The notes under the pieces: generated by a model
Database searches by the model: none
Told to the model about the DNA's origin: nothing
What the model saw: the letters and a program-made list of their open reading frames with translations, nothing else
Translations under genes and position numbers: made by a program
DNA from: Myxococcota bacterium
Lineage (GTDB): Bacteria; Myxococcota_A; Polyangia; Nannocystales; Nannocystaceae
Direction of reading: 5' to 3'
Assembly (NCBI GenBank): GCA_039028615.1
Contig: JBCCHT010000022.1
Coordinates: forward strand, 32,001 to 96,000
Length of the DNA: 64,000 nucleotides
In this document: positions 10,392-20,547 of the stretch, one piece after another
Numbering within the stretch: position 1 is the stretch's first letter
Layout of the letters: every line of letters begins with the position of its first letter

Positions 10392-11333
10392 CTACGAGGT
10401 CACGGCGGCATCGAGCTCCGCCATGACCTTGTCCGCCCCGGCGTTCAGCAGTTCTTCCGCCATCGCCCGCCCGAGCGCATCCGCGTCGCTCACCGTGCCC
10501 GTCTGCCGGCTTTCGTAGCAGGGCTCGCCGGTCGGATGCACGATGAGCCCGTGCACGGTGAGTTCGTCCCCGTTGCGCGTCGCATGGCAGCCCACGGGAA
10601 TGGTGCAGCCGGCCTGGAGCCGCTGCAGGAACCCTCGCTCGGCCGCGGCGGCGATCGTCGCGTCCTCGTCGACCATGGCCTGCAGCAGGGTCCGCACGCG
10701 CTGGTCCTGCTCTCGACACTGCAGCGCCAAGATCCCCTGCGCAGGCGCAGGACAGAAGGTCTCCGGATCGAGCAGTTCCACGATGCGGTCCTCCATGTCC
10801 AACCGCCGCAGCCCGGCCGCGGCCAGCAACACCGCATCGACCTCGCCCGAGTCCACCTTGCCCACGCGCGTCGGCACGTTGCCGCGGATCGGCACGACCT
10901 CGATGCCGGGGTTGATCCGCCGCGCCAATGCCCCGCGTCGCAGGCTCCCCGTGCCCAGCCGCGCCCCCGCGGGCAACCCGGCCAAGGTCGCCCCGGCTGG
11001 CCCCACCAGCGCATCACGGCAATCCTCGCGCGCGGGCGTGCAGGCGATGAGCAGCCCGGGCGGACCGAACGCGGGCAGGTCCTTCATGCTGTGCACGGCC
11101 AGATCGATGCTGTCGTCGAGCAGACGCTGCTCGATCGCCTTGACGAACAGACCCTTGCCCCCGATCTCGTGCAGCGGGCGGTCTTGGATGCGGTCGCCCT
11201 CGGTCGAGATGATCTCGAGCGTGACCTCCAGCCCGGCGTGCGCGGCCATCAAGGTGTCGCGCACGTGGTTGGCTTGCCACAGGGCGAGCGCGGAGCCGCG
11301 GGTACCGAGGCGAACGGGACGAGGGTCGGTCAT
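10392..11333 (-). CDS. hemC: Hydroxymethylbilane synthase (porphobilinogen deaminase)
   Basis: GTRGSALALWQ, GGKGLFVK, AVHSMKD, GTGSLRR, RGNVPTR, AGCTIP motifs. Confidence 0.97.
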   Translation of the reverse strand: MTDPRPVRLGTRGSALALWQANHVRDTLMAAHAGLEVTLEIISTEGDRIQDRPLHEIGGKGLFVKAIEQRLLDDSIDLAVHSMKDLPAFGPPGLLIACTPAREDCRDALVGPAGATLAGLPAGARLGTGSLRRGALARRINPGIEVVPIRGNVPTRVGKVDSGEVDAVLLAAAGLRRLDMEDRIVELLDPETFCPAPAQGILALQCREQDQRVRTLLQAMVDEDATIAAAAERGFLQRLQAGCTIPVGCHATRNGDELTVHGLIVHPTGEPCYESRQTGTVSDADALGRAMAEELLNAGADKVMAELDAAVTS

Positions 11334-11405
11334 CGGGGCAAGCCTACCCTGCCTGAGGCCTGGCTCGCCCCTCCCCCGCCGCGACGGCGTGGCGAAGCCG
11401 GCGCA

Positions 11406-12743
11406 TCAGGCCGAGCGGCGCTCGTCGGAGTCCGAGGCGAGACTCGGTTTTTGCGACGAATCGTGCGGACCGAGCTCGAAGAGCACCTGCAGCGCCTCGG
11501 CCAGGGTGGCCCCGTCGAAGCCGCCCGCCCCTTGGGACGTGGCCTTGCGCAGGTTGGTCATGGGCTTGTGCAAAAGCTTCTGCACCACCTGGCGGGCGAG
11601 CTGCTCGACCACGCGCTGCTGCTGCTCGCTCATCTCGCCGAGCTTGGGCAAGACCCGCGCGAGCTCGGCTTCGGCCAGCTCGCGCCCGTGCGCCTGGAGC
11701 TGGCCGATCATGGGGCCGATGGCCCGCGCCCGCAGCCAGGCGGTGAACGCCCGCACCTCGTCGTCGACCAAGCCGTCGGCCTTGTCGGCCTCGCCCCGGC
11801 GGCTGCGCAGGTTGTCGTGCACGATGCCCTGGAGGTCGTCGACGTTGTAGAGGAACACGTCCTCGAGCCGGCTGACGTCACCGTGGATATCCCGCGGCAC
11901 CGCGATGTCCACGAGGAACAAGGGCCGATGCCGCCGCGACTTCATGACCGGCTTGAGCCGCTTGCGGTTGATGATGGGGTCGCGCGCGGCCGTGCTCGAC
12001 ACGACGATGTCGACACGACCGAGCTGGTGATCGAGGCGCTCCCACGGCTCGTAGCGGCCTTCGACCTTGCGGGCGAGGGCCTCGCCCCGCTCGTGGGAGC
12101 GATTGACGACGACGATCTCGGCCGTGCCCGCGGCCCGCAGGTGCAGCGCGGCCTGCTCGGCCATCTCGCCCGCCCCGATCACCACGACCGAGCAGCCCTC
12201 GAGCTCGCCGAAGATGCTGCGCGCCAGGTCGACCGCCACCGAGGACACGCTGGCGCCACCGCGGGCGATCTCGGTCTCGGTGCGGACCCGCTTGGCGCAC
12301 TTGAAGGCGAGGCTGAGGCAGCGATCGAGCACGGGGCCGACCGCCCCGTTGTCCCGCGAGCGACCGAGCGCCGTCTTGACCTGGCCGAGGATCTGCGGCT
12401 CGCCCACCACCAAGCTCTCGAGGCTCGAGGCCACGCGGAAGATGTGCCGCACGGCGTCGGTGTCGGCCCGCATGAAGCCGTGCTCGCGCAGCCGTCGAGA
12501 GTCGAGCGAGCGCAGGGACGCGAAGGCATCCAAGACCTGGCCCCCGACCTCGGGACGCGAGCCGACGCCGTAGATTTCCACCCGGTTGCAGGTGGAGACG
12601 ATCATGGCCTCGTGCAGGCCCGCGCGCTCCTTGAGCGAGCGCAGCAGCGGGGCGTACTGGTCGTCTTCGACGGCCAGCCGCTCGCGCAGGTCGACCGGCG
12701 CGTGCTTGTGGTTGACCCCGACGGCAAAGACCTCGGCGCTCAC
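11406..12743 (-). CDS. hemA: Glutamyl-tRNA reductase
   Basis: GVNHKHAP, STCNRVE, SLVVGEPQILGQ, GAGEM, DIAVPRD motifs. GTG start at 12743 overlaps the upstream stop (GTGA). Confidence 0.97.
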   Translation of the reverse strand: MSAEVFAVGVNHKHAPVDLRERLAVEDDQYAPLLRSLKERAGLHEAMIVSTCNRVEIYGVGSRPEVGGQVLDAFASLRSLDSRRLREHGFMRADTDAVRHIFRVASSLESLVVGEPQILGQVKTALGRSRDNGAVGPVLDRCLSLAFKCAKRVRTETEIARGGASVSSVAVDLARSIFGELEGCSVVVIGAGEMAEQAALHLRAAGTAEIVVVNRSHERGEALARKVEGRYEPWERLDHQLGRVDIVVSSTAARDPIINRKRLKPVMKSRRHRPLFLVDIAVPRDIHGDVSRLEDVFLYNVDDLQGIVHDNLRSRRGEADKADGLVDDEVRAFTAWLRARAIGPMIGQLQAHGRELAEAELARVLPKLGEMSEQQQRVVEQLARQVVQKLLHKPMTNLRKATSQGAGGFDGATLAEALQVLFELGPHDSSQKPSLASDSDERRSA

Positions 12744-13552
12744 GTGCGCACCCCGTAAGAGATCACGATGAGGATGGTGGCCACGAAGGCCACCAGCGTG
12801 AGCCAAGCGGAGCGCCGCCCTCGGGTGCCCCAGGCCGCCCGCGACACGAGCAGGCCCACCGATGCGATCCAGGCGATGCCCGCGGCCGCGACCTCGAACA
12901 CGCGCCCGCGCAGCTGCTCGAGACCGCCGGCCTCGATGGTCCACAGCACGCCGGTCACGATGGCCAGCGTGAACACGGGCGTCACCAGCAGCACCAGGCG
13001 GTGATGCAGGCGGTCGAGTCCCTGCAGCGAGAGCCCGCCGCGGCCCGGCCGGAACTGTTTGCGACGCAGGCGACGCTCCATCGCCAGGTACAGGCCGGCC
13101 ACGCCCGCGGCCAGCGTGAAGCCGGCCAGACCCGCGGCAGCGAAGCCCACGTGGGCGCTGCCGACTTCCTGCCCCCCGGGCACGCCCCCGGCCGTGCCCA
13201 CGACGTCGCTGAACACGACGCCGAGCGACAGCCCGATGAGCCCCACCGGAGCGAGGATGGGCCCGAGCACATCGAGGCCCTTGCCCCGCCGCGCGAGGCC
13301 CAGGTAGCCGCCTACGGCGATGAGCGCCCCGAAGCTCGTGGCCAGGTAGATGTTCTTGAGAGGGTGATCGCCCTGGACGCACTGCACCCCGATGGCGAAA
13401 AAGTGCAGCGCAGAGGCCGTGGCGAGCAGCAGCCGGGCGTAGCGAGCGGGGCCCGCATCGTCGTCTTCGCTGCGATCACGCTGGGTTGCGCTGCCGTAGG
13501 CGAAGGTGGCCGCCCCATAGGCCAGCGCCGACAGAATGAACAGGATGAGCAT
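12740..13552 (-). CDS. Cytochrome c assembly (CcsA/HemX-like) membrane protein
   Basis: About eight hydrophobic helices; His in SAHVG; LSLQGLDRL, TGVLW and WGTRGRRSA motifs; directly upstream of hemA. Confidence 0.85.
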   Translation of the reverse strand: MLILFILSALAYGAATFAYGSATQRDRSEDDDAGPARYARLLLATASALHFFAIGVQCVQGDHPLKNIYLATSFGALIAVGGYLGLARRGKGLDVLGPILAPVGLIGLSLGVVFSDVVGTAGGVPGGQEVGSAHVGFAAAGLAGFTLAAGVAGLYLAMERRLRRKQFRPGRGGLSLQGLDRLHHRLVLLVTPVFTLAIVTGVLWTIEAGGLEQLRGRVFEVAAAGIAWIASVGLLVSRAAWGTRGRRSAWLTLVAFVATILIVISYGVRT

Positions 13553-13634
13553 GCGCGCCTGCCAGCTCCAAGTGTGCCCCATCCCCGGGCCCCGGGCACC
13601 CGCGGGCCTAATGTCGTGGCGGTTCGTGCGGCGC

Positions 13635-14012
13635 TCAACCGCTCATCTGGTGCAGCGCACCACGCAACAAATCCCACGAGGGGCCGTCCATGAGCGTTTC
13701 GGTGCCGTCGGGCCCCACGGGCACCGCGACGAAGCCGGGGACGACCGAGTAGGCCTGCTCACCCAAGATCACCGAGGTGTCATAGTGCTCTGCGCCCATC
13801 TGAACGAGCTCCTGGGAGCTCTTGACGCAGCCCACCACCTGGTAGGGATCTTGATCGCCGCCGTCGACCTTCTCGAAGAAGACGGCCGGGTCGATGAACA
13901 ACGCGGCAGGCCCGCCGCCGGTGGAGAGCTTGAGCAGCTCGCCGTCCAGCTGGATCCGGCCTTCGCTGAGCCAACGGTCGACGAGAGTCTGGGCGACGAA
14001 GATCCGCGGCAT
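13635..14012 (-). CDS. Hypothetical protein (125 aa)
   Basis: Clean ORF with normal protein composition, co-oriented with the heme operon. Confidence 0.75.
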   Translation of the reverse strand: MPRIFVAQTLVDRWLSEGRIQLDGELLKLSTGGGPAALFIDPAVFFEKVDGGDQDPYQVVGCVKSSQELVQMGAEHYDTSVILGEQAYSVVPGFVAVPVGPDGTETLMDGPSWDLLRGALHQMSG

Positions 14013-14100
14013 GGCTACGACGGTTCTAACCCCCCGCGCACATTGCGTCCAGCCCGGCGCGGCTCAAACCCGCCGGGCGAGGGCGCAGCGGCGGGGCTGA

Positions 14101-15363
14101 CTAGAAGCGGAACCCGAAGCCGACACCCTGGGTGTCGCGGGTCAAGATGGGACCGACGCGGACGTCCGAGATCGCTCGGATCGACTTCTCTTCCTTGATG
14201 AAGTTCTTCGCGTCGTTGCGGTCCTGGTAGATGATGATGGCCAGGACGCCGCCGAGCAGCACGCTGGTACCCAGCAGGACGTCGCCGACGATGGCCCGGC
14301 GCTGCACGATGGCCCCGGTGCGGCTGACCTCGGTGGCCAGGGCGTCGTAGCCCCCGGCGGCCGCGTTGGGATCGCGGCGGGGGTCACCGTTGGCCTGCGC
14401 GTTGTAGGCATCGAGCGCGTCGACGGCATCGCCGTAGGGGCCGCGGCCGACCAACGCCAGGGTGTACATGGTGGCGGCACCGAGGGCCGCACCCGTGGTC
14501 AGGCCGAGCGCCACCCAGGCGCGGGGCTGCCAGTACCCCCAGAAGGGACCGCGCTTACACGCGGGGCGCAGGTCCTTGGGGTCCTCCTTGGACTCGCGCT
14601 TCTTCCGGGGCTCGCCCTCCTTGCGACAGAAGGCGTCGAAGTCTTCGACGAGGTCGGCCTCGATGTCGTCGGTGCTGATGACCGCGTCCTGCTGCGCGCG
14701 CGCGGCATCTTCCTCGGCCTTCTTGATCGCGTCGAGCTCGGCCTGGATCTCCTCGGGAGTCTTGAGCGGCTCGTCGAGGGTATCGATGATCGCCTGCTCC
14801 TCCGCGGTGGCGGGGGGCGGGGGCTCGCGGTGGTCGTTGAGGGAGGTGACGACCTGCTGCGGCAGCACGATCGGCAGGATCAGATCACCCTCGTTGAACT
14901 TGGTGTTGAAGGTCTTGACGCGCTCGCCCTTGGCGATGTCGTAGACGACGATCGTGACCTCGGCTCCGGCCCCCTCGCCCACCGTGCCGAACATGATGAA
15001 GTCGGCGGCGGTCTTCGGGGTCTTGTTGAGCCACTTGCCGACGGCAGCGAGACACTCGTCGCTGTCGGGGCCGGCCTTGCACTTGACCTTCTTGGCCGCG
15101 GTGGTGGTGTCGAGCGCGACACCGCGGGCGGTGTAACCCTGGTCTTGGAGTGCGGTCTGCAGCGTGGCCCGCAGCTCGTTGGCCGCGTCGCCACCATCGA
15201 AGCGCAGGAGCGCGAGGGTCTTACCGTCGGTAGCGGGCTCGTCCGACTTGGGTGCCGCTGCGATCGACGGCAACGGGGTCGCCGCAAAGGCGGGCATCGG
15301 AGCCGCACACACGGTGGCGGCGACGGTCAGGCTGAGCACGCGGGAGAGGGATGAAGCGATCAT
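14101..15363 (-). CDS. Exported hypothetical protein with two Gly-rich hydrophobic helices and a C-terminal beta-hairpin ending in Phe
   Basis: Signal peptide from ATG 15363 (MIASSLSRVL...PAFA); C-terminus GVGFGFRF. Confidence 0.75.
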   Translation of the reverse strand: MIASSLSRVLSLTVAATVCAAPMPAFAATPLPSIAAAPKSDEPATDGKTLALLRFDGGDAANELRATLQTALQDQGYTARGVALDTTTAAKKVKCKAGPDSDECLAAVGKWLNKTPKTAADFIMFGTVGEGAGAEVTIVVYDIAKGERVKTFNTKFNEGDLILPIVLPQQVVTSLNDHREPPPPATAEEQAIIDTLDEPLKTPEEIQAELDAIKKAEEDAARAQQDAVISTDDIEADLVEDFDAFCRKEGEPRKKRESKEDPKDLRPACKRGPFWGYWQPRAWVALGLTTGAALGAATMYTLALVGRGPYGDAVDALDAYNAQANGDPRRDPNAAAGGYDALATEVSRTGAIVQRRAIVGDVLLGTSVLLGGVLAIIIYQDRNDAKNFIKEEKSIRAISDVRVGPILTRDTQGVGFGFRF

Positions 15364-15473
15364 CGCGGTCGTGGGCCCTTTTTCAGGAGCAAGGCGTTGG
15401 CGGGCGAGGTGAAGGTTGCGCGATCCGCCAAGCGCGCGAGCGGCGGCATCATAGACGGCCATTGGTGGAGCGC

Positions 15474-17597
15474 TCAAGCGGGGTCGAGCTTTCCGGCGGA
15501 GGGGCGAACGAGCAGCGGGCTCACACCCGCCGCGAAGACGGCGACGAAGCCCAGGATCGCCGTACCGATCACAAACCAGTGCTCGGTGGCCAGTGGGGCA
15601 ATGGAAGCCCACACCAGGGCTCCGGCCGCGACGGTCCACAACAGGTGGACCAACAGGCCGGGGATCGCACGGCGGTCGGCGCGGCGCGAGATCCGGGCGA
15701 GGGCGCTGCCGAAGACCAGAGTCATGCCGACCACACCGGGCATCAACGCGGCCGCCCCCGCCGTCTTACGGGAGACGACGAGTGCCGCGGCAATGCCCAG
15801 GATTGCCAGGGCAGTGACCATCGTGACCTTGGAGGCCTCCGAGGATGGAGCCAGACGTCGGGCCGTGCCAACGCCCGCCTGCACCACGGCCACCGCTCCG
15901 CCGGCCAAGATTGCGGCCAGGGTCGCGGCGAGCAGCCCCTCGACCTCGAAGATGCTCAGTCCGCCCCGCTCGCCCACCGCCTCGGCCAGGCCGAGCACGA
16001 AGGCCGGCAGCTCGGCTCCGCTGGGGCGACCGAAAGGGATGGCCCAACCCAGGGCCGGCAGCACGGCTGCCACCGTGAGCGTCGTCACCACGACCAGGAT
16101 CGCGGGCACGGCCACCGTGCGGGCGATCGCGGGGCCGGGGGTGTCGGTGGGCCCGGGCACGGCGAAGATCGCCAGCCCGCCCAGGGCCAGCGCGGGCGCC
16201 CACGCGCGGAGATCGGTCAGGGCCGCCCACGTGGGACCGCCCGACCACAGGTCGACCTCGGGGGCTCGGCCCGCGGTCAGAGCCATGACCGTCAGCAGCA
16301 CCACCGCCATCAGTCCGAGCGCTCCGGCGACCCGGCCCACGCCCGCGCCCGCGCTCGCGGTGGGGCGCGGCAGCACCAGCGCGATGAGCAGCAACAGGAG
16401 CCACGCCCACCACCGGGTCTCTCGCTCGATCACCTCGCGGCCGTCGTCGTCGTCGGTACGCGTCCAGCCCCGCCACTGAAACAAGCCCAGTCGCGCGTTG
16501 CCCCGGGCCTCGGCATAGCCCGACCAACGGCCGGTGACCCCGAGGCCCGCGCTGCCCTCGGGGGCATAGCTGTCGGGGCACATCTTGTTCATGACCGACT
16601 CGCCTCGAGGGCCCCGCGGATCGATGCGACGACCGGGGCACACGAACTCGACGCGACTGCCCTGGCCGAACGAGCCGGAGTGCACGACGAAGCGCGGCTG
16701 CACGTCGTCGACCGGCTCCCGGCTGAGCTTTTCCCACACCGCGTCGGTCTCCACCGCTTCGACCTCGGCGTCGATCAACGCCCGGCGCATGCGGGCGGGT
16801 CCGTCCGGGTAGACGCGATCTGCCGCGGCAGCCAATGCGCGGTCGATGGCGTCGGCCAGGGCCTCCGGGCCATAACCGCGGCCGCCGTCGGGCTCGACGT
16901 AGTCGTTGATGGGCACGTCGAAGGGCCCCTCCCCGTCCACCATCACCGCGGTGATCTGTCCGGGATGGATGCCGAGGATCGGTCCGCTGTGCGCCCAGCC
17001 CCGCGCGTTGTCGGCCGCGGCCTCGTAGCGCGTGCCGTAGACCCCGGCCGCCGGCACGCATAGAGCCGCCAGCAGCACGACCACCGGTCGGGCTCGAGCC
17101 GGGAGCCGTGGACCGATGACCGCCGCGACCACCCCGAGCCCCACTGCCGCCCCGACGCCCCAGATGGCGGCCGGGAATGCGATCATCAGCGCGCCCACGC
17201 CCCGGACCAGCACCGTGGCCATCAGGGCCACCGTCACCGCGGCAACCCCGATCATGGCCACCCGTGCCACCGGACCGCCCAAACCCTCTTGGAGCGCGGC
17301 CCGAGCCCGGACGATCGCGTCGACGCGCCGCCATCCCACCACCGCCATGCCGAGGGCCAAAATCAGCGGCAGCGCGATCCCGAAGTGGGGCGGCATCGCG
17401 AGCCCGGCGAGCAGCACCAGGCACACGGGGCCACACAGCCACGCCAGGCGGTCGCTCGGCGCAGACCCCTGCGGCTCCGAGGAGGGCGCGCTGCCAGCGG
17501 ATTTCGGCGAGGAATCGAGCGGGGGCACGGGCCGGCTTTGTATCAAACCCCTCCCCTGTGCGGCAGCCGCCACGGCAGCCCACGCGAGCCACGACAA
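15474..17597 (-). CDS. Polytopic membrane protein with a central extracytoplasmic domain (start uncertain)
   Basis: Many hydrophobic helices flank a soluble domain (HSGPILGIHP...INDYVEPDG); divergent from lon. Confidence 0.7.
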   Translation of the reverse strand: MSWLAWAAVAAAAQGRGLIQSRPVPPLDSSPKSAGSAPSSEPQGSAPSDRLAWLCGPVCLVLLAGLAMPPHFGIALPLILALGMAVVGWRRVDAIVRARAALQEGLGGPVARVAMIGVAAVTVALMATVLVRGVGALMIAFPAAIWGVGAAVGLGVVAAVIGPRLPARARPVVVLLAALCVPAAGVYGTRYEAAADNARGWAHSGPILGIHPGQITAVMVDGEGPFDVPINDYVEPDGGRGYGPEALADAIDRALAAAADRVYPDGPARMRRALIDAEVEAVETDAVWEKLSREPVDDVQPRFVVHSGSFGQGSRVEFVCPGRRIDPRGPRGESVMNKMCPDSYAPEGSAGLGVTGRWSGYAEARGNARLGLFQWRGWTRTDDDDGREVIERETRWWAWLLLLLIALVLPRPTASAGAGVGRVAGALGLMAVVLLTVMALTAGRAPEVDLWSGGPTWAALTDLRAWAPALALGGLAIFAVPGPTDTPGPAIARTVAVPAILVVVTTLTVAAVLPALGWAIPFGRPSGAELPAFVLGLAEAVGERGGLSIFEVEGLLAATLAAILAGGAVAVVQAGVGTARRLAPSSEASKVTMVTALAILGIAAALVVSRKTAGAAALMPGVVGMTLVFGSALARISRRADRRAIPGLLVHLLWTVAAGALVWASIAPLATEHWFVIGTAILGFVAVFAAGVSPLLVRPSAGKLDPA

Positions 17598-17617
17598 AAG
17601 TGCTAGCGTCGGTCCCG

Positions 17618-20023
17618 ATGTCGGGTCGAAGCCGACGCCCCGCTTCGGGCGTGCTCCCGTTGCTGCCCTTGCGCAGCATGACTTTGCTTCCGGGCATCGG
17701 GCAACCGGTGGAGCTGGGGCGCCACGCGTCGGTCGACGCCATTCGCCAGGCTCGTGAGCTCCCCAGCGACGATCCCAACCATCGTCTGGTGATCGTCGCG
17801 ACCCAGCGCGAGGAGATCACCGAGCGCCCTTCGCTCGACGACCTCTATCCGGTGGGCGTGCTCGCCGAGGTCACCCAGGCCCTGCTCGGGGTCGGCTCCC
17901 GCATGACGGCCATCGTCCGCGGCATCGAGCGCGTGCACCTGCTCGAGGTCGACCGGCTCCAGACGCCCTCCATGGTTCGCTACCAGCGAGCCCACGAGCC
18001 CATGGGCGACCCGACCCTCGCCTATGCGCTGGCGGGCACGCTGCAAGACCTCATCAAGGAGCACGACGGGCTCGTCCCCACCAAGCCCAAGAGTCGGCAG
18101 CGCACCCAGACCCTCGCGGTCATCGCCGCCGAGCGCGCTCCGTCGCGGATCGCCGATCTGTGCGCCACGCACGTCAACCTCGACGCCAAAGAGCTCGCCG
18201 AGTTGCTGCACGAGCTGACCGTCACCGACCGCCTGCGCAAGGTGCTCGAGTTCGTCAGCCATCGCATCCACGTGCTGCAGGTCAAGCGGGACCTCGATCG
18301 CCACGTCCGCGATCACCTCTCGCGCCACGAGCAAGAGGCTCTGTTGCGGCACAAGCTGCGGGCCATCCAGTCCGAGCTCGGCGACGCCGACCAAGATCCG
18401 CACAACCTCCGCGAGCTCGAGACCCGGCTCGACGAGTGCGACCTGCCGCTCGATGCCCGCGTCGTCGTCGAGCGCGAGCTCGGCCGCCTGCGTCGCATGA
18501 ACCCGCAGAGCGGCGAGGCCACCATCGTCCGCACCTATCTCGAGCTGGTCGCCGACCTGCCGTGGGGCGACCACAAGGCCACGCCCGACTCCCTCGACAT
18601 CGAAGCCGCCCGCCAGCTGCTCGAGCGCGACCACTACGGCCTCGAGAAGGTCAAGCAGCGCATCATCGAGTACCTGTGCGTGCGCAAGCTGGCCCCGCAA
18701 AAGCGCGGTCCCATCCTGTGCCTCGCCGGGCCTCCCGGGGTCGGCAAGACCTCGCTCGCCCGCAGCATCGCCAAGACCCTCGGCCGCGAGTTCGTGCGCA
18801 TCTCCCTGGGTGGCGTGCGCGACGACGCCGAGATCCGCGGCCATCGGCGCACCTACGTCGGTGCCCTGCCCGGTCGCATGATCCAGGGCATGAAGCAGGC
18901 CGGCACCAAAAACCCCGTGTTCCTGCTCGACGAGGTCGACAAGCTCGGCGGCCCCGACCTGCGCGGCGACCCGGCGGGGGCTCTGCTCGAGGCCCTCGAC
19001 CCCGAGCAGAACGACGCCTTCGAAGACCACTACCTCGGCACCGCCTTCGATCTGTCGCGCGTGATCTTCGTGACCACCGCCAACGACCCGCAGCGCATCC
19101 CGCATGTGCTGCGGGACCGCCTCGAGATCATCGAGCTGTCCGGCTACACCATCGAAGAAAAGGTCGCGATCGGCCGCAACTACCTGCTGCCCCGCGCGCT
19201 CGAGGACCACGGCCTCGACGAGAACTTCGACCCCTCCGACGAGGTCCTGCGCGCGCTCGCCACCCAGTACACCCGCGAGTCCGGCGTTCGAAATCTCCAC
19301 CGGGAGCTCGAGGCGCTCATGCGCGACATCGCCATGACCATCGCCCAGGGTGAGCCCTCGCGGAACACCATCGACCCCGACGACCTGCTGCGCGTGCTCG
19401 GCCCTCCGAAATACCACGACGAGCTCGTCGACCACGTCCCCTCCCCCGGCGTCGTCAATGGCCTGGGCTGGACCCCGACCGGCGGCCGCCTGCTCATCGT
19501 CGAAGCCACCCTCACCCGCGGCGACGGCAAGCTACGGCTCACCGGGCGCCTCGGCGACGTCATGCGCGAGTCGGCCCAGGCCGCCCTGTCGCTCGTGCGG
19601 GCTCAGGCCGAGCAATTCGGCATCGACCCCGACTTCCACGGCAGCCACGACGTCCACGTGCACCTGCCCGCGGGCGCCGTGCCCAAGGATGGACCCAGCG
19701 CGGGCATCACCCTGACCACCGCGCTCGTCTCCATCCTCACCGGTCGGCCCGTGCGTACCGACATCGCCATGACCGGCGAAGTCACCCTCCACGGGCGCGT
19801 GCTCGCCATCGGTGGCGTCCGCGAGAAGGTCCTGGCCGCCCACCGGGCCGGCCTGCGCGACGTCATCCTCCCGCGCCGCAACACCAAGGACGAGCCCGAC
19901 ATCCCCGCGGCCGTGCGAGCCGATCTGCGGCTGCACTACGTCGACCGCGTGGAAGAGGTCATCGAGCTGTGCCTGCTCGACCCTCCGCCCGCGCAGGGCG
20001 AAGACCAAGCCGCGGCGCAGTAA
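17618..20023 (+). CDS. lon: ATP-dependent Lon protease
   Basis: N-domain LPLLPLRS; Walker A GPPGVGKT; RRTYVGALPG; Walker B LLDEVDK; catalytic PKDGPSAG and GGVREK. ATG start at 17618. Confidence 0.96.
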   Translation: MSGRSRRPASGVLPLLPLRSMTLLPGIGQPVELGRHASVDAIRQARELPSDDPNHRLVIVATQREEITERPSLDDLYPVGVLAEVTQALLGVGSRMTAIVRGIERVHLLEVDRLQTPSMVRYQRAHEPMGDPTLAYALAGTLQDLIKEHDGLVPTKPKSRQRTQTLAVIAAERAPSRIADLCATHVNLDAKELAELLHELTVTDRLRKVLEFVSHRIHVLQVKRDLDRHVRDHLSRHEQEALLRHKLRAIQSELGDADQDPHNLRELETRLDECDLPLDARVVVERELGRLRRMNPQSGEATIVRTYLELVADLPWGDHKATPDSLDIEAARQLLERDHYGLEKVKQRIIEYLCVRKLAPQKRGPILCLAGPPGVGKTSLARSIAKTLGREFVRISLGGVRDDAEIRGHRRTYVGALPGRMIQGMKQAGTKNPVFLLDEVDKLGGPDLRGDPAGALLEALDPEQNDAFEDHYLGTAFDLSRVIFVTTANDPQRIPHVLRDRLEIIELSGYTIEEKVAIGRNYLLPRALEDHGLDENFDPSDEVLRALATQYTRESGVRNLHRELEALMRDIAMTIAQGEPSRNTIDPDDLLRVLGPPKYHDELVDHVPSPGVVNGLGWTPTGGRLLIVEATLTRGDGKLRLTGRLGDVMRESAQAALSLVRAQAEQFGIDPDFHGSHDVHVHLPAGAVPKDGPSAGITLTTALVSILTGRPVRTDIAMTGEVTLHGRVLAIGGVREKVLAAHRAGLRDVILPRRNTKDEPDIPAAVRADLRLHYVDRVEEVIELCLLDPPPAQGEDQAAAQ

Positions 20024-20082
20024 CGCCCCGCGTTCGCCAGGGACACGAGCAAGTCGCGGAAGTCCTCCGGTCGCTCGTTCAT
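20024..20082 (-). pseudogene. N-terminal remnant of a putative nucleotidyltransferase-family gene
   Basis: ATG at 20082 overlaps the upstream stop (ATGA). MNERPEDFRDLLVSLANAG resembles the DFRDLL-type start of small nucleotidyltransferases, then the frame runs into antisense lon. Confidence 0.55.
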
Positions 20083-20327
20083 GACGGTCGAATGACTCGG
20101 ACCGGGATCTCCGAGCGTTCGTAGGACGGCAGGGCCCTCCCCGACATCGACCACGCGGCGCGGGTGAGGCGAACGGCCAAGGCGACCCGCTGCTCCCCGG
20201 AGAGGCTCTGCTCGGGAGCCGCCGCCGCGGCGATCATCCGCTGAGCTCGGGCCGCGGCCCTCCGCTTTCGTGCCGCATCCGCGTCCACGGAATCCAGTCT
20301 AGCAAGTTCGGGATCCGGCCGACGCAC
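20079..20327 (-). CDS. Small hypothetical protein, probable partner of the truncated nucleotidyltransferase
   Basis: 82-aa ORF ending EQRVALAVRLTRAAWSMSGRALPSYERSEIPVRVIRP; stop coupled to the next ATG. Confidence 0.6.
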   Translation of the reverse strand: MRRPDPELARLDSVDADAARKRRAAARAQRMIAAAAAPEQSLSGEQRVALAVRLTRAAWSMSGRALPSYERSEIPVRVIRPS

Positions 20328-20547
20328 TTATTTGAGTCCGCGCGACTGCGTTCAGCGAAAGGACTCGCTCCCCCTCCCGGCGCGGCGCGGCGCGGCGCGG
20401 CGCCCGTGGAGAGGACGACGGCGCGCACAGACCATCGAAGAACATTCGCGCCCGGCTTCGTCAGCTCGCGTTGGGGTGGAGACCAAGAGAGTCGAAGGCG
20501 GCGGCACGACGCTACCGATGCCCGGGGCCGCCTCTATGGGAGCAGTC

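Noticed and set aside
12744..13382. Long N-terminal extension of HemA in the ORF track (similar extensions on Lon, LysR, the oxygenase, thiolase, KAS III and thioesterase)
   Set aside because: The extensions overlap neighbouring genes; family motifs and coupled start/stop overlaps define the shorter starts, so these are not fusions.
10392..13552. Functional link between the heme operon, tRNA-Glu and the CxxCH lipoprotein
   Set aside because: They lie more than 30 kb apart, and ccsA-hemA-hemC is an ordinary arrangement, so co-occurrence in the window is probably chance.
20378..20403. (CGCGG)4 tandem repeat
   Set aside because: Short, intergenic, GC-only repeat in a very GC-rich genome, with no evidence of function.
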